Shown here in pieces: positions 27,050 to 39,559 of a DNA stretch of 64,000 nucleotides. The notes beneath the pieces were generated by a model. The model ran no database searches, was not told where the DNA came from, and was given only the letters and a program-made list of their open reading frames with translations. This DNA is from the human T2T-CHM13v2.0 reference genome, Homo sapiens. Position numbers and translations under genes: made by a program. The number at the start of each line of letters is the position of its first letter. Position 1 is the stretch's first letter. The DNA is taken from the NCBI RefSeq assembly GCF_009914755.1, contig NC_060944.1; one strand, given 5' to 3'.

Positions 27050-28420
27050 ACTATCATATAATAAACACTATATAGAAAATTGAAGTAATAAACTGGGCAT
27101 GGTAGGAAGAATGGATGAAAAACTTGTACATGGTGAAGGAACAGTATCCCTAATATATAAAAAGTGCCTATAAATTAATAAGAAAAATGCAAATAGAAAA
27201 ATTTGCAAAGGGTAAGGACAGGTAATTTACAAAATAAATTTGAGTGTCCTGCAAACATAAAAACAGTTGAACTTCACAACAAATAAAAATGCAAATAAAA
27301 ATATAATTTGTTACCGAGAGGACTGGCAATGATTAAAAATGAAAAATAACTGACTAATTTGAGGTTGTACAGTAGTAAAATCTCATGCACCATGATGGTG
27401 GGGGCAATATAAGTTTGTTCATCTTTTCTGCAGGGACAATGTGAGAAAGTTTATCTAAATTTTAAATGTACACACCATTTAAACTGGTGCTTCTACCTCT
27501 AACCATCTATCCTAGGATAATAATTGGACAAATGAACAAAGGTGTACAAATGAACAAAGGTGTAGGTATAGTAGCCCCTTATTTGTGGGGGATACATTCC
27601 AAATCCCCCACTAGGTGCCTCTCACTGTGCATACTACTGAACCCTATACAAATGTACCGTGTTTTTTCCTATACCATATATACACACCTATGATAAAGTT
27701 TAATTTACAAATTAAGCAGAGTAAGAGATTAACAACAACAGTAATAAAATAGAACCATTATAACAATATACAGTAATAAAAGTTATTTAAATGTAGTCTC
27801 TCTGTCTCTCAAAATATCTTATTATACTGTACTCACCCTTCTTGTGAAGATCTGAGATGGTAAAATGCCTACATAATGAGACAAAGTGAGTTTTCGAATG
27901 ACATAGGTATTGTGATGTGGCATTAAGCTACTATCAACCTTGATATTTTCCACTATGACAATACATCAGAAGGAGGATAACTTGCTTTTGAGTGGTCCTG
28001 GATCATTGAGCCATGATGATTTTTCAAACTGACCGTGGGTAACTGAGACGATGAAAAGCAAAACTGTGGATAAGAAGGGGACTACTGTGCAAGGCTATTC
28101 ATCACAGCATTGTGGATAGGAAAAAAGACGGAACAACTTAAATATCCATTTTAGCTGTCCGTATATGACTAGTAAATAAATTCTGGTAAAATGGTTAAAA
28201 AGAATGATGGAGATATATGCTTAATGGCACAGAAGAGCATCTTGATATGTGAGTGAAAAAACGAGACAGGTGGTATAATAGCATGATCTATATGCAAAGT
28301 AATATATACTCCTATGGCTGTTGTCCTGGAGTGATGGGACATTGAAGAATCTTTGCGTCTTTCTGGAGGTGTACATTTTTCTACAACAAGCATATACCAT
28401 CTTAGTCAACTTTAAAAAAA
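27050..28420 (+). mobile_element. L1ME-type 3' fragment, interrupted by MER44
   Basis: Degenerate A-rich ORF2 C-terminal and 3'UTR phrases. Confidence 0.65.
27569..28087 (+). mobile_element. MER44B (TcMar-Tigger)
   Basis: tagtagccccttatttgtgggggatacattccaa..gtggataagaaggggactactg TIRs. Confidence 0.85.
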
Positions 28421-29034
28421 ATTGCAGTGCCACAACCCTGTCTTGTTTGATGTTGCTGATTTGCCTATAATGAAATCTATAATGAGGAAGTACATGAATT
28501 AAATAGAATCTATGGATATATCCAGTCTGTCCAGTGTGGGACCACCAGATCAATGCCCAAGGTTTCCATGTACCCAGATGGAGGAGGAGATCATTTTCAG
28601 ATCCTTGGGTGGGTGAGACAGCCATCCTCGTTTTTAAGATAGAAACTTTCATTCATCTCAGTGAAGAGAGTGTATTCAGGTCTTTGAACCCACCGGGCTC
28701 AAAGGTAATGATCTATAACCAGATAATCCACAGTAAGGCCTCTTCACCATCTGGGTGAGTCAATCCTGGCTGGAAGGTCAATCCTTAGGCAGACCGTGAT
28801 GTTGTCTTGGACATCATTGTTTAGAGTGAGACCAAAAGGGAGGTGAGACCTTTAGAGACCAAAAGGGAGTTTACCTGTGATGCAGGGAGGGTTGGAATGA
28901 GGAACCTCAGGGCTTGAAGGCTCTGGGTTGCAGGGGTAGGAGATGACTGATGGGCTGGACTTGTTAACCCCTTGATGTCCTACTTAATCTCTTCCCTAGC
29001 TAGTGCAATGATATTGATTAGAATGATGACATTC

Positions 29035-29208
29035 TTTTTTTTTCTTCCCCCCTTCTTGTAAGAGACAGAGTCTCGCTTTTCTGCCCAGGCTGAAGTGCAT
29101 TGTTGTGATCATAGTTCACTGCAGCCTTGAACTCCTGGGCTCAAGCAATCCTCCTGCCTTAGCCTCTCAAAGTGCTGGGATTACAGGAGTACACCATGAT
29201 GCCTGGCT
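29035..29208 (-). mobile_element. Alu monomer (FAM/FRAM-like)
   Basis: Single-arm Alu; TSD gacattcttt/gaaattcttt. Confidence 0.85.
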
Positions 29209-29499
29209 GAAATTCTTTAGATATGGTAACCACAGGCCCCTTATATTTCTACAACGGCCCCATTTTCAAACATTATATCCTATTATGAGGCACATGTCCT
29301 GATTTTTGCTTTGGAAAATATGGTACCTGCACCTTTAAATGTTTAATCTCCCCCAGCCATGATGAGAAGAAGAGAGGGGAAGGAAGTTGGTATTTAGGGG
29401 TGAATGCGATTGAGTGGTTATGTGAAGGGGCGGGAGGGCGGAGTGAATGCTGGGGGACCCCGAGATATTTTCTTTCTTGTCTGTTTTTTCCACCCCATT

Positions 29500-29830
29500 T
29501 CTTTTTCCTCCATGTCAACACCAAACAAGACAGGACTAAAATTAATGGGGAAAGCAGCAATTAGCAAATTAGGTTAGCGGCGTGTTGCCGAGAGGCCCGG
29601 CTGCCAGGTGCGGGGTCTCTGGCAGGATATTTATTAGGGCCTGTCAGAGAAGTGACACTTTGATAAATGGAGTTGAGTAATCAGCCCCTTACGACAGCAA
29701 GCATTGTGAGGCCTCAGCATGCACGACTGCCGGAGCCAACCTTTGTTATGATTTTTAAAAATTTAACACTCATAAAAGTAATACAACAGCAGCATCCACG
29801 GCCACAGAGCATGGCCTCGAACCCCAATCC
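29500..29830. promoter_or_regulatory. Candidate developmental enhancer (PBX-HOX plus MEIS)
   Basis: CTGTCA 29641-29646; TGATAAATGG 29661-29670; CTCATAAAA 29769-29777; several TAAT cores; CpG-rich. Confidence 0.55.
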
Positions 29831-31780
29831 TGATGTGCAAGGGAAACTGTGGATCTTGAGTTTTCCTTTTGGAATGGGCAACTGGGAAAAGAAACCAATG
29901 TGGAAAAGTCTGTCTGAGTTTTGGAAATGCCCTAGAATTAAATAATAAAAAATAAAAAACAGGAGTGGGTTTTAAAGAACAAGAAGTGGGGGAGTTCTGT
30001 TTTCACTTGGCTAGTCTGCAAAGGTGACCGTTTGCTGAGGCGCCAGAGTGGCTGGAGTTGAACAGGGGGAACGGACACTGGGAACCCAAGGAGGGTGGCT
30101 CCGTACACTGATGGAGAGGCCCCTGGGACCAATGCCTGTAAGGATGGCTTGCCCAAGATTCTTGCTGCAGGGATTCCTTTCCTTGGCAAACACATGCAAT
30201 TTAGCTTTCCTCTGCAATGACCAGTTTCCTGGAGGGAGGATTCAATAACCAGGCAGAGAGCAGAGCACACTGCCCTAGTGACAGGGTTTGAAGGAGGAGG
30301 ACCAGGTTCCTGGCCAGAGATGGGTCACTGTGACTTTCAGAAGCTCTCCATACCTGGCAAATCTCACTGGAGTATAGGCTCAATGTGAACAGGCTGGCTG
30401 GAGAGCCACTGCCTCTGTTTCCTGGCCTTCAGCCTGCTGCTTCAATGCCTGGCGTCGCCTCACTTCCACCAGGTCATAGTCTTCCTCAGCTCCCCACTGA
30501 GAGCACAGTTTCCCTTGCCTGGGTGGTATAGCAGTACTAGAAACTTCTCATTTGACTGATCTGCTAGCTCTTATGGTGTCTCAGTTGCTGGAATCCTGCT
30601 CTGATCCTGTTTTGCTTGGCTGGACCCTGACTCTTCGCCCTCTCCTAACACTCCCTATTGCACTGGACTCTGTCACTCTGTCCCCAGGTCTGGTATCCTG
30701 ATCAGGGTTGGATGCATCTGGATATTGATGTAGGCCGAGTGGAACTGAATTTGCTATACCTCTGTGGACATTGGCACTGGACTGCTGACTTCTCACCTTG
30801 GGGCCAGGTCCACAGCCAGGTGGCCAGCCCCAGCCTGCTCCTCTTCCCCATCTAGCTCCTGCTGAGGTTCAAGGAGCTGCAGGCCTGACCCATGCCAGTG
30901 ATGGTTCTGGGTGAGTGCCTTTGATAACCTCCAGCAGGTGTGTCCCCAAAGGCTGACTCAGTCTCACGTTCCCTAACACATGGCCCTGAGTAGAATGACA
31001 GTATCTGTGGTAGGAGGGAGATGGGAGTTTGGGTTGTGACTGGTTGTTCCAGGTATCAGCCACTAGTGTCTCCTGCCTGGCCCCCTATAGGCCCTGAGTC
31101 TCTGAACCTTCCTTCGGGCTGGGACCAGAGGCTGATAATAGAGTGAGCCTCTTCCCAGTCTTCTTTGGGGCAGGCTCACCGCAGTCCATCTCTGTGGATG
31201 GACACTGGGGCATGGTGAGGGGTATTGGACTCTCATGTCAAGGAGGGTGGGGAAACCTGGGGTTCACATCCTCACCTCAGGAGTCCGAATTTGGGATGAA
31301 GGGCAATGTGAGCTATGCTCCCTAGCACCTTGCTAATGTTCTGCCGGACATGGCTTTTGCCATTGGTTTGAGTTGGGTCAAGCCAGGGAAGATCCTTGAG
31401 CTGGGCACAGAGCTCCAGGTGTGCTCTGTGCAGCACAGAGGACTATAGAAGGGTCCCCTCTCATGACCCATGTGCCTTTTTCAGGAAAAACAATCCTATT
31501 ATTTTACAAGAGGGTCCACAGGATTTCAAATTCTTTTCCCCCGAGCTTATGCAATATATGATTTGAACCGAACTTCAATGTGTGATGAAAGAATCACCCC
31601 TGTTGAATTTCCTTTGTTGGTTTTGTCCCAGCCATCCAGTTTGTGGAGATCATTTTGATTCTGCCAAATCAGTTATTTCTTAGGCTTTGGAAGAGAAGAG
31701 CTCATTTTCTAAGTCTGTGAAGTTATAAGAGAACATGGCAAGAACCAAACCTGTGGCCCCCTGCTGAGATGTCTGCCATT

Positions 31781-32086
31781 CTTTTTTTCCTTTTTTTTTT
31801 TTTTTTCCAGACAGGGTCTCACTGTGTTGCCCAGGCTGGAGTGCAGAGGCATGATCATGGCTCACTGAAGCCTCAACCTCCAGGGCTCAAACTGTCTTCC
31901 CACCTCAGCTTCTCAAGTAGCTTAGCCCTTAGGTGCATGCCATCACACCCAGCTATTTTTTTTTTTTAAAGAAATAAAGTCTTGCTATGTTGCCCAGGTT
32001 GGTCTTGAAGTCCTGACCTCAAGTGATCCTTCTGCCTCAGCTTCCCAAAGTGTTGGGATTACAGGTGTGAGCCACCATGCCTAGCC
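31781..32086 (-). mobile_element. AluJ
   Basis: Alu dimer with poly(T). Confidence 0.92.
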
Positions 32087-32091
32087 ATGTC

Positions 32092-32382
32092 TTCTCTTCT
32101 CTTTTTTTTGAGACAGGGTCTGGCTCTGTTGCCCAGGCTGGAGTGCAGTGGCATGATGTGGGCTCATGGCAACCTCTGCCTCCTGGGCTCAAGTGATCCT
32201 CTCACCTCAGCCTTCTGAGTAGCTGTAACTACAGGTTCATGGCATCTTGCCCAGCTAATTTTTTTTTTTTTTTGTAGAGATGGGCTTTTGCTGTGTTGCC
32301 CAGGCTGATCTCGAACTTCTGACTCAAGTGGTCTTTCCGTCTTGGTCTTCCAAAATGCTGTGATTTCAGGCGAAGCACCTGC
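32092..32382 (-). mobile_element. AluJ, tandem with the previous Alu
   Basis: Alu dimer with poly(T). Confidence 0.9.
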
Positions 32383-33349
32383 TCCTTCCTCTACCTGGGA
32401 AGCCCCAGCCCCAAGAATCTGCATGGTCTGCTTCCCAACCTTCTTCAGTCTCAGTCAAGATGCCCCCTTCTCAGCTCTTCCCTGACCATCCTACTTAATG
32501 CTAATTTCCCCACTGCTCATTCTGTCCCCTTACCTTGCCTTGGTTTTTCTTCATAGCAATCATTGCCATGGAACATACTATACATGTTACTAAGCTGTGT
32601 GCTGTGTCTGGCACCTCATGCAGCTACCTGAGGACATGGGTTCTGCTGATTTTATTCATGCTATATCCACAGTGCAAGCACAGAGCCTGAAATTGGTGCT
32701 ATCTCAATAAATAAATATTTGTCAAATGAATACTTGTCTAAAATACAGATATTATCAGTCCCAAGCATGGGCACTGCATCAAAAAGGAAATTAGAGTAAT
32801 TTCACCTGACATTCTCTGGAGATGGACATCAGATCATGGTAATTGCTTCATTCTTTTTAAATTACTTGCCAACTGACCAGTTTATGAGAAGGTCTAGAGT
32901 CAAAAAAGGGATTGAATCTGACTGCTTCCTGTTTTGGAAAATCAATACATTATTTTTCTTCTGGCTTCTCCAGCATTCTCCTTGGTTTCCTAAAGATTCT
33001 TCATGTGACTTTGAGATGGTATCAGTGAGATTCTGCTGTTCCCTCCCACCTTGTCTGCAATATTGTTTCAAAGCAGAGTTTTTGCACCATCATCAACCTT
33101 TCCTGTGTGCCTGCCAGGTGCAGAGCACTGTCCTAGGCCTTGAGGACACAAAGCCACAGAGAACACTTTCTTTGCTTCAGAGCTTTCTCAGGAGTCATGG
33201 TGGGGGGAAAGCTGTATCCAAAGTGACAGTGGCCCAGTGAAGCCACATGTTGAGACCATGTGATTAGGTGGACAGTGAACATGATGGGTCGAGGCTAGGT
33301 CAGCATGGGCATGGGGATCTTGCAGACCCTGCTGTGAGGTTTTCTTTCT

Positions 33350-34175
33350 GTGGATTATGCACTCAACAAATATGTATTGAGCTTCTGCCATGTGTCAGGC
33401 ACTGTGCTGAACACTGGGGACACAGTAATGATTTGGACAGATGCACATCCTATCCTCATGGAGCCACATAGTCTAGTAGGGGTGATAAACAAGTAAACAA
33501 ATAAAAGAATATTTTGCTTGTTACAGGTACTGGGAAGGAAATAAACATAGTGATGAGATTCAAGGTGAGGTGAATAATTATTTAGATAGGGGGTCAGAGA
33601 AGTCCTCTCCAAGGACTTCCAAGGAGCTAGCCAGGGAGAACAAAGAAAGGTCATTCCAAGTACCTACAGAAGCCCCAAGGTGGCAAGGGCTTGATGTGTT
33701 ATGGAATCTGAGAGGAGACCAGTGTGCTGGAATAGACTGTTTGGGAAAGGGATAGAATGGTGTGAGGTAAGCTGGATGGGGAAGGCAGGGATCGGACCAT
33801 ACACCGCACCTTGTAGGTGATGAGAGGGCAACAGGATTTCTGTTAGGAGCAATGGAAAGTATTTTGGGGGAATAGCATGGTTTCACTTCCATTTTACAGA
33901 GATTGCTATGGCTACAACATGGAGAATAGATTGAAGGGAAGTAAGAGGAAAAGCAGGACGACTGATGAGGAGGCTGCTGCAGTTGTTCTGGAAGAGATGG
34001 TGGTGGCCAGGGCTTGGTGAGGGTGGATGAGATGGAGAGAGGTGGCTGGATCTCAGGCGTGCTCAGGAGTTCAGGTCGACAGGAGTTGTTAATGAATTGG
34101 GTGGGATTAGGGAGAAAGCAGGAATGACTCCTAGTTTTCAGTTTGAGCATGCGGATGGATTGTGGTGCCATTTAC
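33350..34175 (-). mobile_element. L2a-like LINE
   Basis: caacaaatatgtattgagc..tgtcaggcactgtgct; aggaggctgctgcagttgttctggaagagatggtggtgg. Confidence 0.85.
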
Positions 34176-34384
34176 AGGAAGAACATGCTTATCCAGATTC
34201 ACCTGGTAGTGAGTGATGAGTTATCAACCTTCTAAATCACCACAGGTATGACCACTTTCCCCCCATCACCAGAGTCCTAACAAGAAGGCTGTATGCCCCG
34301 TGCTGGGTGAGCTCCTGTCATTCCCAGGCTTTGCACAGGTGGTGGGCTTTCAGAAAGCAAACATCCCTGCTTTCCAGAAGCTTA

Positions 34385-35465
34385 GTGTAAGATTTTCTAT
34401 ATATAAGACTGTGTCATCTGCAAACAGGTATAATTTTACTTCTTCCTTTCAGAAAAAGCTTTTGACTAAATTCAAGTTTGGATGCCTTTATTTTTCTTGC
34501 CTCATTGCTCTGGCTAGGACTTCTGATGCTATGTTGAATAGAAGTGGTGAGAGTGGGTATCCTTGTCTTTTTCCTGATCTTAGAGGAAGAGTTTTTAGTT
34601 TTTCAACATTGTGCAATGTTAGCTGTGGGTTTGTCTTATAGGGCCTTTATTATGTTGGCGCAAATTCCTTTTATACCTACTTTGTTGAAAATTTTAAGGG
34701 TATGAATTTTGAATTTAGTCAAAAGCTTTTTCTGCCTTTATTGAGGTGATCATGTCATATTAGTTCTTTATTAATGTGGTATATCACATTAATTGATTTT
34801 CTTATATTGAACCATCCCTGGGATAAATCCCATTTGGTTATGGTGTATGAACTTAATGTATTGTTGCATTTGGTTTCCTTGTGTTTTGTTGAGAATTTTT
34901 GCATCTACATTCATCAGGGATATTGGCCTATAATTTTCTTTTTGGTAGTGTTCTCATCTGGTTTTGGTATCAGGGTAATGATGGCCTTGTAAAATGAGTT
35001 TGGAAGTGTTCCTTCCTCTTCAGTTTTTTTGAAGAGTTTGAGAAGGATTCGTGTTAGTTCTCCTTTAAATATTTGGTTGAATTAACCAGTGAAGCCATCT
35101 GGTCCTGGGTTTTCTCTATTGGGAGATTTTTTGATTACTGATTCAATGTCCTCATTTGTTATTGGTCTCTTAGGTTTTCTATTTTTTAATGATTCAGGCT
35201 TGGTAGGTTATATGTTTCTAGAAATTTATGAATTCTAGGTTATTCCATTTATTAGCATGTAATTGTTCATAGTAGTCTTTTACAGTCCTTTTTATGTCTG
35301 TGGCATCAGTTTTAATGGCTCCTCTTTTACTTCTGATTTTGAGTCTTTTCTCTTTTTTCTTAGTGTAGATAAAGGTTTTTCAATTTTTATCTTTTCAAGA
35401 ACTGAACTCTTAGTTTTGTTGACTTTATTGTTTTTTGATTCTCTATTTAAAAAAATTTTGCTCTA
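34385..35465 (-). mobile_element. Old L1 (L1MA/MB) ORF2 fragment, inverted arm
   Basis: gtcatctgcaaacag (FADD region), tgttgaatagaagtggtgagagtggg, catcagggatattggcct. Confidence 0.9.
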
Positions 35466-36532
35466 ACAATAAAGGCCATATACAACTGATGTGGTTTGTC
35501 TGTGTCCCCACCCAAATCTCATCTTGAATTGTAGTTAACATAATTCCTACATATTGTGGGAGGGACCCAGTGGGAGGTAATTGAATCACTGGGGTGGTTA
35601 CCCCCATGCTGCTATTCTCATGATAGTGAGTGAGTTCTTATGACATCTGATGATTTTATAAGGGGCTTCTTCCTCTTTGCTGGGCACGTCTCTTTCTTGC
35701 CATCATGTGAAGAAGGATGTGTTTGTTTCCCTTTCTGCCATGATTGTAAGTTTCCTGAGGCCTCCCCAGCCATGTGGAGCTGTGAGTCAGTTAAATCTCT
35801 CTCCTTTATGCATTACCCAGTCTCAGCAGTTCTTTGTAGCAGCATGAGAACAGACTAATACAACAACAAACCCACAGTTAACATCACATAATGCTGAAAA
35901 ACTGAAAGCTTTTTCTCTAAGATTAGAACAAGACAAAGATACCCACCTTTACTACTTCTGTTCAAGACAGTGCTGGAAATCTTAGCTAGAGCAATTAGGC
36001 AAGAAATAAAAAATAAAAGGCATTCAAATCACAAAGGGAGAAATAAAATTATCTCTGTTTATAGATGACATGATCTTATATGTAGAAAACCCTAAAAATT
36101 CCACAAAAAACCTGTTAGAAGTAATAAACAAATTCAATAAAGTTTTAGGGTGAAAAATCAACATAAAAAATCAATTACATTTCTGTACTCTCACAAGGAA
36201 CTATCTGAAAAGGAAATTAAGAAAATAATCCCATTTACAATAGTATCAGCAAGAAAAAAATACTAAGTAATAGACTTAACCAAGGAGGTAAAAGACTTGT
36301 ACACTGATAACTATAAAACATCAGTGAAAGAAATAAAACAAGACACAAATAAATGAAAAGACATCCCATATTCATACATTGAAAGACTTATTAAAAATGT
36401 TCATACTGCCCAAGGTGGTCTGTGGATTCAATGCTATCCTCATCAAAATCCCAAGGGCATTCCTTTTTTTTTTTTCTTGTTTTTTTGTTTTTTTTGTTTT
36501 TCTTTTTAAACAGCAGTAGAAAAAACAACTCT
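35466..36532 (+). mobile_element. Old L1 ORF2 fragment, direct arm, interrupted by THE1
   Basis: ataaaggccata..aaacccacagttaacatc..gatgacatgatcttatatgtagaaaaccc..atcaaaatcccaa. Confidence 0.9.
35487..35862 (+). mobile_element. THE1D-like MaLR solo LTR
   Basis: TG..CA termini; tgtgtccccacccaaatctcatcttgaattgtag; perfect 5-bp TSD acaac. Confidence 0.93.
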
Positions 36533-37471
36533 GCCTCTTTGGTGCAGGTTTCTGCAATGTACAGTTGATGAGTCCTTCCTCTGTAGAAAGGCAGTGTGGT
36601 GTAGCAGGCAGAACACAATGATTTTGGAGTCAGCAAGATCATCACTTTTATGCCTTGGCCACACTCAACAGTAGTGTTGGGCGAGGTTTATCACCTCTCT
36701 GACCCTCAGTCTCATTTGGGTTAATGCCAAATGAGTCAATAAATTATATAGGATAGTTTCCAACATATAACAGGCTCTCAATAAATATAGGTTGTAAATT
36801 ACTACAGAAACTCGGAAGCTACATCTCAAAGCCATACACATTAGGGAGGGCTTTATCTTTACCCCAGCAAATCTTGGGCATGCACGTCTTCCAGACCAGG
36901 GATCTACACATGGGTGAGCAAGGCAGCTTTAACCACTCTGCAGCTAAAGGGACCTTTTGGAGCACTGTTTTGGGGTTGCATGTGGCAGGGAGGACATTAA
37001 CATTGGACATGGTTCAGTGAGAACTTGGGCTGGTCAAATATTATGATCATTATTATGGTACAAGGGCTACATGGAATGGCCAGATGATTTTGTCCTTGGA
37101 AACCATGGGACTTGGGCAGAGAGGATGCTTCTTTCAGGCTCCAGCCATGACAGTTGTCCCAAATCATAACAGAAGGAAGGATTTAGGCCCCATGAATTGG
37201 ATTAAACTTTTACAATATCCTATAACCTTTGCTATCGTCGCCACGACTGATGTCACCATAACAACAACGATAACCACCCCCTCCCCAATATAAGTTTCAT
37301 AATGATTTGTTCATTGCAAAATCACCAATGCCTACAGGAGTTCCTGGCATAGTTGTAAATATTACTGTTTATAATAACCATTACCACTGTTAAAGTTAGT
37401 AGCAGCTAACATTTAAAAAATGCGTGTGTTCATCATCTCATTTAATTTTCACAACAATCTTATGATTTAGG

Positions 37472-37656
37472 CTGGGGTTCACAATCTACAACCTGTAGAC
37501 CAAATCCAGCCTGTGGCTTATTTTGTAAGGTCTGCAAGCTAACAATGCTTTTTCTCATTTTAAAACAGTTGTAAACAAAATGAAGAAGATTATGAAACAG
37601 AGCATCTGGCCCACAAAGCCTAGAATATGTATTATCTGGCTGTTTGCCAATCCCTG
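37472..37656. mobile_element. MER58-like hAT MITE
   Basis: ccaaatccagcctg..ggcccacaaagcctagaata..tttgccaatccctg. Confidence 0.7.
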
Positions 37657-37684
37657 ATATGGAGTATTTGCCAGAGTAGGCTAG

Positions 37685-38103
37685 TGATATAGTTTGAATA
37701 TGTGTCCCCACCAAATCTAATGTTGAATGGTAATCCCCAACATTGGAGATGGGGCCTGGTGAGAGATGTTTGGATCATGGGTATGGATCCCTCATGAATA
37801 GTTTGGGTCATCCCTTTCGTGATAAATGAGCTCTTGCTCTGAGCTCATACGAGATCTGGTCGTTTAAAAGTGTGTGATACCTACACCCTTGCACCTCTTT
37901 CTCTTGCTTTGGCTTTTGCCATGTGATGTGGCTGCTGCTCCTTTGCTTTCTGCCATGATTATAAGCTTCCTCATGTCTCCCCAGAAGCTAACACCATGGT
38001 TCCTGTAAAGCCTGTAGAACTGTGAGCCAATTAAACCTCTTTTCTTTATAAATTGTCCAGTCTCAGGTATTTCTTTATAGCAATGCCAAAACAGCCAAAC
38101 ACA
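37685..38103 (+). mobile_element. MSTA/MSTB MaLR solo LTR
   Basis: tgatatagtttgaatatgtgtcccc..ccagtctcaggtatttctttatagcaatg..aaacaca. Confidence 0.92.
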
Positions 38104-38460
38104 TGTAGTGTATGCTGCCATAACAAACAATGAACTGAATGGCTTAGCCTAACAAAGGTTTATCTCTTGCTGACTCAATGTCAGCTGTGGGTCTGTGCAG
38201 CCCTCCAGCGCAGTCACCTTCCAGATGATCAGCCATCCAGGCTATTTTTATTCTGCAGCTCTGATATCTTAGCATGAGACCTCTTGGTTATTGTGGCAGG
38301 GGAAGAGAGAGGTTGGAGAGCCTTCTGGGAACTTTTTAGTGTGTCATTCAGATGTGACAGCTGTTACTTGCACACGTGTTTCATTAACCAGAACTTGTCA
38401 CATGGCCCAGCCTAACTAACTATGAGGGGTTAAGAAATGTGAAGGAGCACCTGGAATGAG
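38104..38460 (-). mobile_element. MLT1J/K-like LTR fragment
   Basis: tgctgccataacaaacaa..ggcttag..ccagaacttgtcacatggccc. Confidence 0.6.
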
Positions 38461-38799
38461 ATGAGGAAGCTGAGTTTCTGAGAGGTAAATCCTTTGCTCA
38501 AGCTTACACAACAAGGAAAAGGCAGAACAAAGACACGTATCAGGCAAGTACAATTTCCAAAGTCCGTGATCTTATCTATTACATTCTCCTTTTCTTATGA
38601 GCTCCTTGTTCCAGCAACAAACCGCATTAAACATTTCGTTACTTTGGAGTGGCTCAGACAGAATGTTCCTATGGTTGCTGACACATCTCCCAGAGAAGTC
38701 TTCCCAGCTCTACACCCCCACTCCCAGCCTCTGTCCTCCTGGCTCTGGCCCCAAAGGGGCTGGAAGGTGCCACAGCCAGAGTAACTCATGACTCCTTTG

Positions 38800-39260
38800 G
38801 CTCCTCACAGTGATGAATGACAGCCATCCATCGTGGGCCTTGCTGATGGCCCAGCTCATCCATCATGGCCTGGTGTTCTCAGGTGATGTATGAGTGCCTG
38901 AAGAATGGATTGCTTAACGGCCGATTTGCTTGGAAAAGAAACTGAGCCAAAGAGTGGATTCAATCTAATTACCTGCTCACTCTGGCCAGGCCTGAGAGGC
39001 ACTTTGGCAGCCCCTCATAGGTCCCCGCAGAAATATGACTTGCAGTTCTTGAGCTACGAGGTCATTCCTAACTCATTGCTGATGGACAGGGCATTATTTA
39101 AAAAAAAAGAAATGTGGGGAGGAGCTGTTGGCAGGTTTGCTGCTTGATGGAAAGCTAGGCAGGCCAGGTGAATCTTCTGGAGGTGAATCAAGGGCAAACC
39201 AAACAATATTTGGGGTGATAATTGAGATGAATCAGAGGTGTTGGGTCAATGGACAAGTCA
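38800..39260. promoter_or_regulatory. Candidate PBX-HOX/MEIS enhancer
   Basis: TGATGAATGA 38811-38820 overlapping TGACAG 38818-38823; TCATCCATCA (=TGATGGATGA) 38856-38865; near-match 38824-38833. Confidence 0.5.
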
Positions 39261-39559
39261 GTAGTCAAGACTGTGAGCTCTAAAGCTCAAAAGGCTACAA
39301 GACTGTAGCCTTGGTTTTGTGTCCTATTCCTGTCACTTACTCTCTGTATAACCTTGAGTAAGTCTCTGAACCTCAGCTTCATTTTCTATAAAATAAAAAT
39401 AATTGTTGTGAGAATTTAATGGAATAATAGATATGAAGTGCTGAGCATAGCAAGTCAGGGCCTAGTAAGTGATGGTGAGAATTATTATAATGAAAAATAA
39501 TATTAAAGATTGTTCTTCTTGATATCTATCACTTAGGGGTTGCAGTATTGCCAGAGAGA

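Noticed and set aside
28828-28869. 15-bp direct repeat gagaccaaaagggag
   Set aside because: Small local slippage-type duplication with no sign of function
33578-34171. 197-aa ORF
   Set aside because: Lies entirely inside a decayed L2; chance open frame
36462-36507. T-rich tract as a possible orphan retro-tail
   Set aside because: L1 sequence continues on both sides (gcatt..acagcagtagaaaaaacaa), so it is an in-place poly(T) expansion
39291-39312. 9-bp stem hairpin aaggctaca/tgtagcctt (similar 8-bp stem at 16024-16043)
   Set aside because: Short enough to arise by chance in a window this size
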